From positions 1 to 25,369 of the IMG/VR virus record IMGVR_UViG_3300031519_000199: DNA of 25,369 nucleotides. One strand, written 5' to 3'. Within the stretch, counting starts at the first letter, position 1. Each line of letters opens with the position of its first letter. Shown in pieces: positions 18,664 through 25,369 of the stretch. Below the pieces are notes generated by a model that worked only from the letters and a program-made list of their open reading frames with translations, was not told the DNA's origin and searched no databases. This stretch comes from a virus (taxonomy: Duplodnaviria > Caudoviricetes). The position numbers and the translations under genes are program-made.

Positions 18664-21466
18664 TATCTTCCTCAGAAAATTGGACTACGATTACATCCGT
18701 AGGTGGCATGTTTAGGTGAGTTCCCTTACTCAATCGGGTCTTCATCTTCTTAGCGCCTAGCTTCTCGATTAAGTCGAGTACAAACGCTCCGTAGTTTATT
18801 TGCTGATCCCCACACCATTTCCGAAGCGGCTTGGGTACTAGGTACAATTTCTTGATATCTGTCTCGTACCGTGCCACCAATTTGTTGCGAGGTATAGCTT
18901 CGGGCTGGATAATGCTGTCCATCGCAGTACCGTCTTGCCTACGTAAATCGCTGGTGCTTTTGATACGTAAGATGTTATCTATATGCTCATTAACGTATTC
19001 GTTTAGCGTCTGCTCAATAGACACCGCCATGTCTCGCGTACGTGCCTTGTTCTCCAGTAGCATTTTTACTGACCAACGATTCAGACTCGGAACATCGTAC
19101 CTAATCAACTCTAGTTTGTTAGCGATGATCGCAGCAACCAAAGTAAGTGTTACACCTACTGACCAGAATCGGTTTTCCGAGGATAGCTCGGCTTCTTTGT
19201 CCACCCGTAACTGCACTTCATTGATAAGCTTCTTCACAGAGTCAAGGTTGTTCATAACGTACTGTGCGAATATAGGCCCAGCATGTCCGTAACACTTACC
19301 AAGAGATCTACTGAAAGCATCAGTTTCTTCTTTACCCATCGATCCTGTAAACATCTTTTCTACACGGACTTCTAGTATGCGCTGTGCTTCGGCGTTGGGG
19401 TTTTCCTTAATCAACCGGATACGCTCAATCAAACTCGTGTTACCTGTGGTCACTGCCATGAGACTCCAAGGTTCTCCCCGCGCTCGTTCAGAGTTACTTC
19501 CGCTGACTAACCGCCCTCTCTGCTTACCAGTTGTAAATTGTAAGGCCAACGTACTAAGGCTCTGTCCTGACGCGTTGGTTAACTCATCCACCAACAAAGG
19601 TAAGTTATGTAGTAGCTCCGAACGGTTCATCTTAGTGTTATTGGTATCTTGTTCGTTCAAGATAATTTCTTCTGGGTCACCCCAAATAGATGCAGCCGCA
19701 CGCATAGCCGTAGTTTTACCTAGTCCTGACTCCTTGCTGTACAAGTGAATTGCCGAACATGCAATATCATCTACGAACTGCATAAGGATGGAACCGAACC
19801 CCATGCAGAGTACATATTGATGCAGCTCAAATCCCGGCCTGTTATAGAACTCTACTACTTCGCGCCACTCGTCTAACGAACCTTTAGGCTCGAACGCCGG
19901 AAACATCCCCATAGTAGCTTTAGAAGGTGGGTTGAATTCCACCCGATCCTTCAGGATCTTCTGGTTACCCAGAATGAATCCCGTTGCTTCGTCATCTATC
20001 CATCCAAATTGTCTGTAGGCTTTATCTGCCATTTCTTTCTCCTGTAGTTCATTTACCCATGCCGCAACATAGTCCATTAGTTTGTCCATCTTTATAAGGG
20101 CAACGCCTTGCATTGCCATGTTCTTTCTAAACTCTTCCTTAGAGGTAATCGCTGTGAGTGGTACCGTAAATTCCTTAACGCCGTCTCTAGGCAGATGCAA
20201 TCGCATCACGGCTGCTTCCCCTAGCTCAATATCAACAATACGCTTAACCACGTAAAGATCGTTACGATATAACAGTTGTTCATCCATATCTCCGTCGTCA
20301 TTTTTAATTCGCTTATACACTCCACCGTTCGCACCACGAATATATGGACTCGGGTACGTCGGTATAACGAAGGTACTTACTGGTTGATTGGGTAGCCCTA
20401 AAGCGGGAGCTTCGACGATATTGTCCTGCTCCGTTGCTTCTTTTACGCGCCTACCAAGGTGCAAAGGCGACCTCAATTTGCCCCGATTGGGACATGCCAA
20501 ACATGTTTCTGGGTTCTCTTCCTCGAAACGGACGCACGTATACCGCTTATCGGCGGTTAGATTATCCCACTTACTATCAGTCTCCTCGGCACTGTATCCG
20601 TCATATCCAGCAGATATCTTGTGGGCTTTCTCCCTAGTGCCATCACTGCACGCCTTCAAGACCGACAACATACCTCGCCACGTAGGTTCAGTAGCTTCGT
20701 TCTTATCGGTGAGCGCCCTGAGTATCTGTGCACAACCTTCCCCACGTCGGGTCTTGTCTAAGATATCTTTGAACTTGTATTCTTGGTTTGCCAAGGCAGC
20801 GTTCATCACTGCACTAGCCCCTTCGATTCTTTTCGAGGGAACTGGTATCAACTCACTTCCTAGTAACTCCGAGAAGGTATCAAAGTCTACTTTACGGGGA
20901 GTATGTTCCCCTATAAAAGTAACCTCAGATGGTACATCAGGTTTATAGTTGTGTGTTCGGGGTACTCGTAAAACACGAGCAGCGTCTGCTGTTACTGCGG
21001 GATCTGCTGGGAAGTTATTATCTGCACAAAGCTGTTTCAAACGAGCCGCTACGGGTAGCCAATCGCCCATAGGTACAGCTTCCGACAATACCCAGTAAAC
21101 ATGAACCCCACGACCAGAGTTTATAAGCGTCGGTCTTGGTAGTTTAAACTTCTTAGCGAAAGTAATGAGTGCCGCTACCGCATCCTCCTGAGATGCAAAT
21201 TCTTTGGACGGGCCGCAATCAAGGTCTAGGAAGAAGGACTTAAGGTGTTTTACGTTATCGACTTTACGCGACTTACCTTCGTTAAATGTAGCCAAAGCAA
21301 AATAAACATCGTAACCCTTATCATCTAGGTCAACGGCGGCATCAATTAAGTAATCTACGGAACCATAAAACTGTTGGCTTCTTTTATCTTTGGAACTGTT
21401 AGATGCAAAAATACAATATAGCCCACTGCTCGATAGAACCTCCTTTAAAAATGTTGTTGTATCCAT
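18635..21466 (-). CDS. DNA primase (AEP/RepB-like) fused to a DUF927-type P-loop helicase
   Basis: AEP motifs FFLDLD, INSGRGVHVYW and RVLRVPRTHNYK; Cys-rich middle domain; Walker A ESGLGKTT and Walker B LLVDE. Likely start is ATG 21466 (MDTTTFL) rather than GTG 21490, which sits inside a stem. Confidence 0.85.
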   Translation of the reverse strand: MDTTTFLKEVLSSSGLYCIFASNSSKDKRSQQFYGSVDYLIDAAVDLDDKGYDVYFALATFNEGKSRKVDNVKHLKSFFLDLDCGPSKEFASQEDAVAALITFAKKFKLPRPTLINSGRGVHVYWVLSEAVPMGDWLPVAARLKQLCADNNFPADPAVTADAARVLRVPRTHNYKPDVPSEVTFIGEHTPRKVDFDTFSELLGSELIPVPSKRIEGASAVMNAALANQEYKFKDILDKTRRGEGCAQILRALTDKNEATEPTWRGMLSVLKACSDGTREKAHKISAGYDGYSAEETDSKWDNLTADKRYTCVRFEEENPETCLACPNRGKLRSPLHLGRRVKEATEQDNIVEAPALGLPNQPVSTFVIPTYPSPYIRGANGGVYKRIKNDDGDMDEQLLYRNDLYVVKRIVDIELGEAAVMRLHLPRDGVKEFTVPLTAITSKEEFRKNMAMQGVALIKMDKLMDYVAAWVNELQEKEMADKAYRQFGWIDDEATGFILGNQKILKDRVEFNPPSKATMGMFPAFEPKGSLDEWREVVEFYNRPGFELHQYVLCMGFGSILMQFVDDIACSAIHLYSKESGLGKTTAMRAAASIWGDPEEIILNEQDTNNTKMNRSELLHNLPLLVDELTNASGQSLSTLALQFTTGKQRGRLVSGSNSERARGEPWSLMAVTTGNTSLIERIRLIKENPNAEAQRILEVRVEKMFTGSMGKEETDAFSRSLGKCYGHAGPIFAQYVMNNLDSVKKLINEVQLRVDKEAELSSENRFWSVGVTLTLVAAIIANKLELIRYDVPSLNRWSVKMLLENKARTRDMAVSIEQTLNEYVNEHIDNILRIKSTSDLRRQDGTAMDSIIQPEAIPRNKLVARYETDIKKLYLVPKPLRKWCGDQQINYGAFVLDLIEKLGAKKMKTRLSKGTHLNMPPTDVIVVQFSEEDNEAGSITDL

Positions 21467-21486
21467 AAGCGTAGATCCAAGCGACA

Positions 21487-21572
21487 CCACGGCAGGGGCA
21501 TGCTTACGCCCTCTTCGACTAGTCTAGCCGTGGGTATTGTTTTAGGGATGGGCTTCTTCTAGAAGATACCCA
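21487..21572 (-). promoter_or_regulatory. Structured intergenic leader of the primase gene
   Basis: Stem CCACGGC/GCCGTGG (21487-93/21527-33) encloses a GGGCG/UGCCC hairpin and the palindrome GACTAGTC. A second hairpin at 21549-21572 contains the 12-bp palindrome TCTTCTAGAAGA. Confidence 0.5.
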
Positions 21573-21578
21573 AATTAA

Positions 21579-22280
21579 TTAGGACTCGTCGTCCCACCCA
21601 TCAATAAGGTCGCTTAAACCTTCTTTTTCTACTGGAGCCGGTGCGGTCTTGACCTTTGCGATCTTCTTCTTTGGCTCCTCAATAACTTCTTCCTCTACCG
21701 ATACTTCGATTTCATCCACGGTCACCGCTTCAACTGCTTCCAGTTCTGCAAATGGGTTATCGTCGTCGTTAGTGAACCCATCGACTACATCAAACGGAGA
21801 TGCGGCTTCCATAGGTACGTACTTGATAACTTGTATTGCTCGCAATCGTAGTGATACACCTTGCTCGCGCATGTTGTAAGGTACAAGAACAACTGCCAAG
21901 CTAACGGTGCTTTTGCTAGTTAACTGGAAGTCATCAGGTAGCTCTTTGTTACCTGCATCAAAGTGCCTAGGCTTGTTGGTAAGATCTTTACCGTATGCCC
22001 CTTTGAGTGTGGCTTTACCTACAAACATACCGTCATCATCTTTCTTAAACGGCATAGGGATTTTTTCAGGCCAACTTGATTGCCGTTTTTCAGCATAAGT
22101 TTTTGCCATTGCACCCATCAATTCTTTAGCTTGTTTCTCATCCATACGAAAACTCGTGCTGTATGATGCACCCTCATCTAGAGGATCACACGGTACACTT
22201 CTGTTCTCCGCATTGTCAAAACGATAAGTCTTGTTAACACGAGGGTACTTCGCTTCTACATCTCTAATCATATAGTTCAT
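21579..22280 (-). CDS. Single-stranded DNA-binding protein, T7 gp2.5-like
   Basis: GGAG SD before ATG 22280. OB-fold-like motifs (KYPRV, GVSLRLRAIQVIKY) and a long acidic tail ending LIDGWDDES. Confidence 0.7.
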   Translation of the reverse strand: MNYMIRDVEAKYPRVNKTYRFDNAENRSVPCDPLDEGASYSTSFRMDEKQAKELMGAMAKTYAEKRQSSWPEKIPMPFKKDDDGMFVGKATLKGAYGKDLTNKPRHFDAGNKELPDDFQLTSKSTVSLAVVLVPYNMREQGVSLRLRAIQVIKYVPMEAASPFDVVDGFTNDDDNPFAELEAVEAVTVDEIEVSVEEEVIEEPKKKIAKVKTAPAPVEKEGLSDLIDGWDDES

Positions 22281-22298
22281 ATATGTTTCTCCAAACAT

Positions 22299-22958
22299 TC
22301 AGTCATTAAATTTAAAACCTTCAACCTCCGAGAATGGTGAGAACCCTGAGTCCTCCATCGGCAATACGCTCAGTTTTAAAGCTGTCGTAGTATCAGGGTG
22401 CTTTATCATCTCCTTGACGGTTTCTGTCTCCTGCTCTTCTAACGGGCGTAATGGCCTGAAAAAGAGTTTTGGTATGTCGCTCCTAGGATCAAAATAGATC
22501 TTAGTTATTACAGCGACTATTGGGGTCTCGCGTGCATCCAAGTACCGTGCGTAGGCACGTAGAGGCATATCCCCACTGATCGCATCACCAAATATAGAAG
22601 TAGGGGGAAGTTGTAGCTGATAGACTGTTTCCAGATCATCTTCTAGTGTTACTGCTAACCGTTGCACAAATCGACATGCACGGCTTTGCCCTCTCCCAGA
22701 ACCTCTTATGTTGTTGACACAATCTAAGCACCGTCCCGCTTGGCGTTGATCTTCTGGCACATCTTCAGCAGGAAATTCCGTATCGGCAGACCAGCATGTT
22801 GGTGCTGATATTCTGGCGGGGTCATAGGCACCTTCGTAAAAAATACGAGACACATATGCTACACCCACGACAACTACGTTAATAGAATTTTCTTCTGGGG
22901 ATGGCGTTCCATCGAACCTTCGGTTGCGTATGCTAATTCGTTTTAGATCTCCACTCAT
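22299..22958 (-). CDS. Phage replication-module protein with a putative Zn site (possible ssDNA-binding/annealing protein)
   Basis: 219 aa with TCWSAD...CLDC..N..GSG..RAC (4 Cys). Start overlaps the upstream stop (TAATG). Confidence 0.6.
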   Translation of the reverse strand: MSGDLKRISIRNRRFDGTPSPEENSINVVVVGVAYVSRIFYEGAYDPARISAPTCWSADTEFPAEDVPEDQRQAGRCLDCVNNIRGSGRGQSRACRFVQRLAVTLEDDLETVYQLQLPPTSIFGDAISGDMPLRAYARYLDARETPIVAVITKIYFDPRSDIPKLFFRPLRPLEEQETETVKEMIKHPDTTTALKLSVLPMEDSGFSPFSEVEGFKFND

Positions 22959-23227
22959 TAGTAATCGTCATCCGATTCTAACTGGGGGATATCTGCACCT
23001 TCTTCGCTTACATCGCTCCACGTAGCTACGGGAGTATCACTTCCATCACCTTTGCTAGTTAAGGCTTCTAGAACTCTAGGTAGACTAAAACGATACAGTG
23101 AACCTATGTGTATGTACGCATCTTTCGGAATAAGCCCTTGCTTTACCCAACCGCGAACAGTAGCGGTATTCACATGAAAATGTTTTGCAACTACAGCGAG
23201 TGGTACGTACGGTGGCAGCTCTGTCAT
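22958..23227 (-). CDS. MerR/excisionase-type HTH DNA-binding protein
   Basis: VAKHFHVNTATVRGWVKQGLIP...IGSLYRF, followed by an acidic tail. ATGA overlap with the upstream gene. Confidence 0.8.
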   Translation of the reverse strand: MTELPPYVPLAVVAKHFHVNTATVRGWVKQGLIPKDAYIHIGSLYRFSLPRVLEALTSKGDGSDTPVATWSDVSEEGADIPQLESDDDY

Positions 23228-23631
23228 TTCGAGGGTCTCCTAACAGAAATAGTATAAGTAGAATCCGAGTTCAACCCTTTGGGCATCTTGTCGGGATTTT
23301 CTTCCAAGAACTGCTTTATATTCTTTTGGTTAAGACGTTTATCGAAGAACTCTGGGATCTCATTTTCGAGTACGAATTCGTACATAGATTCCCAATCGCT
23401 CGTCCAATACTTCTGTCTAACCGATCTATAGAACAACCCTTCGGAAGTTTTCACGCTGCTAACGTCGTGCTCTTTACAATGTTCGAGTAAGGCTTGCTTT
23501 ATCTTGTCCTGTCGGGCAACTAAAAGCTCTTCTTCCTTATCGAATTCCTTCTTAAGCTGTGAACGCTTATTAGATATCTTTAAGTAAACCTTGGTTAGTT
23601 TTTCTAAAGATACGGAACCTGCTCCACTCAT
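23224..23631 (-). CDS. Hypothetical coiled-coil phage protein
   Basis: AAGGAG SD 7 nt before ATG 23631 (135 aa). N-terminal coiled coil followed by SVKTSEG..Y..V...YWTSDWE; the architecture is loosely reminiscent of Mu Gam-like proteins (unverified). Confidence 0.65.
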   Translation of the reverse strand: MSGAGSVSLEKLTKVYLKISNKRSQLKKEFDKEEELLVARQDKIKQALLEHCKEHDVSSVKTSEGLFYRSVRQKYWTSDWESMYEFVLENEIPEFFDKRLNQKNIKQFLEENPDKMPKGLNSDSTYTISVRRPSK

Positions 23632-23660
23632 TTCGATCTCCTTCACTTATCGAACGATTG

Positions 23661-23689
23661 AATATAGTCTATTACGGTGTACTACGCAA
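23661..23689 (-). promoter_or_regulatory. Putative sigma70 promoter for the replication genes
   Basis: Minus strand TTGCGT-17 nt-TATATT, about 30 nt upstream of ATG 23631. Confidence 0.5.
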
Positions 23690-25217
23690 CAATTTCGTTG
23701 TATAAGTCTATCATTTTTGTATGTACGTTGATTCTGTTATCAAGCATTCTATATACGTGCTTTTCTATGGCCGATCCCTGCAACTGAACCACCGTACACT
23801 TGTGGTCTTGGCCCGACCTGTGTACCCGAGCATTAGCTTGGGCGTACGTTTCTAGTGAACTGGTTGGCCCCCACCATACCACCGTATTCGCAGCCGTGAG
23901 CGTTACCCCATGCGCTGCTGCTTGAGGCTGGATAACTAGCACCCTAGGGTTTTCGGTTGTCTGGAAACGTTTGAATATTTCTGTCCTTCTATGGGCGGGT
24001 ACATCACCCCGAATAACTTCTGTTGTAATGCCGTCCTCGGTTAGTTTATCAACCAGTAGGTCAATAACATGTTTGAAGGGTACGAATATTAAAACCTTCT
24101 TGCTGGACTCATCAATTACTTCACGCAGGACTTTATATCGGTGCTTGATATCAAACTCTAGCGCCTCTTTCTTATCGGTGTACACGGCCCCCGCAGAAAT
24201 CTGTAGTAGCTTATTCATGTTAACCGCTGCATTAGCGGCAGTAATCTGCTCCCCCGCTGCGTCCATCACCATTCGATCCTTTAACAACTTATAGTATTTA
24301 ATCTGTTGTCTGGTAAGTTCGACTTCGCGTTTTACATATACCATAGGGGGTAGGTCTAAACACTCGTCCTTGGTGAATCGAATTGCCGGTTGAAGCACCC
24401 GAAACACAGTATCAGTAGCCGTGTCCTTCGCTACCCACCTAAAGTTAGTGATCTTAGTCATCACTCTGTCGCGGAAAGAACCAAAGAATCTAGGTACCGA
24501 GGTCGGATTAACAAGTTTGGCTAACCCATACGCATCCAATGGGCTTTGTGCCGCAGGAGTACCCGTCATCATCCACAACCATTTCTCTGGTGTGAGTAGG
24601 GCGTTCAAAGTTTTCCATCGTTTAGTCTGCGGATTCTTGTAGTGAGTCGCCTCATCCACAATGATTAAGTCAAAGTTACCGTTCGCTATGGCATCGGCTA
24701 CGATCTCTACCCCGTCGTAATTTATTATCACGTAGTCTGCACCGTTGTTAATAATGGCTCGTCGTTTTGCTGCTGGCCCATAAGCCACATCCACTGTACG
24801 GTGCATCGCAAACGTGAATAAGTCATTACGCCATGCGGAATCCATAATAGATAAGGGGCATATCACTAAGACACGCCGGACTTTACCCACGTCCATCAGG
24901 AAATCTGAGGCCCATATCGCGCTGGCTGTCTTACCAGTACCCTGCTCGTTGAAACAGAACGACCGTTTGTTCATGGTCATAAAGGCAGCGGTTGTTTTCT
25001 GGTGCTCGAACGGCGTGTGTTTGCCTGTCCACTTGTACTTCCCTTCAATAGGGGAAGGCACTTTGATGTTTAAGTTCTTTAAAACTTGAGCTTCATCTAT
25101 CCCCCACTTCACCACGACTTCGTTATCAGGTAGTTGCTTACTGTTAGGTATAACCATTGTTACTTTTTGGGGGTTGCGAAGCCGCAAGAGCAACGCCTTG
25201 TTATCTAAAATTTTCAT
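23682..25217 (-). CDS. SNF2-family (superfamily 2) helicase
   Basis: Motifs EQGTGKT (I), VICPLS (Ia), IVDEAT (II), MTGTP (III), HGVTL (V) and QANARVHRSGQ (VI). AGGA SD. Confidence 0.93.
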   Translation of the reverse strand: MKILDNKALLLRLRNPQKVTMVIPNSKQLPDNEVVVKWGIDEAQVLKNLNIKVPSPIEGKYKWTGKHTPFEHQKTTAAFMTMNKRSFCFNEQGTGKTASAIWASDFLMDVGKVRRVLVICPLSIMDSAWRNDLFTFAMHRTVDVAYGPAAKRRAIINNGADYVIINYDGVEIVADAIANGNFDLIIVDEATHYKNPQTKRWKTLNALLTPEKWLWMMTGTPAAQSPLDAYGLAKLVNPTSVPRFFGSFRDRVMTKITNFRWVAKDTATDTVFRVLQPAIRFTKDECLDLPPMVYVKREVELTRQQIKYYKLLKDRMVMDAAGEQITAANAAVNMNKLLQISAGAVYTDKKEALEFDIKHRYKVLREVIDESSKKVLIFVPFKHVIDLLVDKLTEDGITTEVIRGDVPAHRRTEIFKRFQTTENPRVLVIQPQAAAHGVTLTAANTVVWWGPTSSLETYAQANARVHRSGQDHKCTVVQLQGSAIEKHVYRMLDNRINVHTKMIDLYNEIVA

Positions 25218-25230
25218 ATATTTTCCTGCT

Positions 25231-25369
25231 AGAAAAGCCCTGCTTCGTCCACAGATAGGGCTAAGTCTGCGGTATCGGTATAAATTACCTACGGACTAAC
25301 CTGATTTTTGTACCCTGTAACCGGAAGATACAGGGTACGTTTTTTAAAGACGCATCAGGCTAAACGTCT
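25231..25369 (-). ncRNA. Candidate structured RNA (tandem pseudoknots) 5' of the helicase; may extend past the window edge
   Basis: At least five helices in ~135 nt, including a perfect 10-bp stem (25310-19/25329-38) and two H-type pseudoknot pairings. Confidence 0.55.

Noticed and set aside
22958-23227. Excisionase implying a prophage
   Set aside because: No integrase, att site or host gene in the window. This HTH type also occurs as a general DNA-binding protein in phage replication modules.
24640-24660. Non-canonical DEAT(H) Walker B in the helicase
   Set aside because: DExx variation is common in phage SNF2-like helicases and all other motifs are intact.
18831-25089. Plus-strand ORFs over the replication genes
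   Set aside because: They are antisense shadows of well-supported minus-strand genes.
25310-25345. 10-bp hairpin followed by GTTTTTT as a + strand terminator
   Set aside because: No + strand gene leads into it, and on the minus strand it fits as an insertion in an A-rich pseudoknot loop. It cannot be fully excluded as the terminator of an antisense RNA.
25236-25359. Hammerhead ribozyme-like words on the minus strand (CUGAUGcGUC ... GGACGAAgC)
   Set aside because: The conserved A9 and the A15.1-U16.1 pair are missing, and stem I cannot form. The pseudoknot model explains the pairings better. An HDV-like fold was also rejected because there is no room for P3/L3.
1-25369. Stop-codon reassignment or programmed frameshifts
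   Set aside because: Genes tile tightly under the standard code, using TAA, TAG and TGA, and no gene appears broken.

Overview
This window is part of a dsDNA tailed-phage genome, most likely a podovirus-like environmental phage; the host cannot be told from the sequence. It holds two convergent modules. The + strand (1-18176) is a virion module: a 5'-truncated tail or DNA-stabilisation protein, a probable two-domain tail protein, and five putative internal/ejection proteins. These include a 1950-aa acidic repeat protein with four EF-hand-type loops and a 2150-aa large polyvalent protein with a zincin HExxH motif and a PLxRFG motif. The - strand (18173-25217) is a replication module: SNF2-type helicase, coiled-coil protein, HTH protein, Cys-rich protein, gp2.5-like SSB, primase fused to a DUF927-type helicase, and two small ORFs. 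The most unusual signals are non-coding. (i) A candidate ~80-nt sRNA at the module junction has its own extended -10 promoter, two anti-Shine-Dalgarno motifs and a UUCG terminator, and is followed by a 48-aa ORF, absent from the ORF track, whose SD is hairpin-sequestered. (ii) A tandem-pseudoknot RNA lies upstream of the helicase. (iii) A structured leader lies upstream of the primase. No integrase, tRNA, rRNA, CRISPR array or reverse transcriptase was seen. All product calls come from motif recognition and synteny, not database searches.
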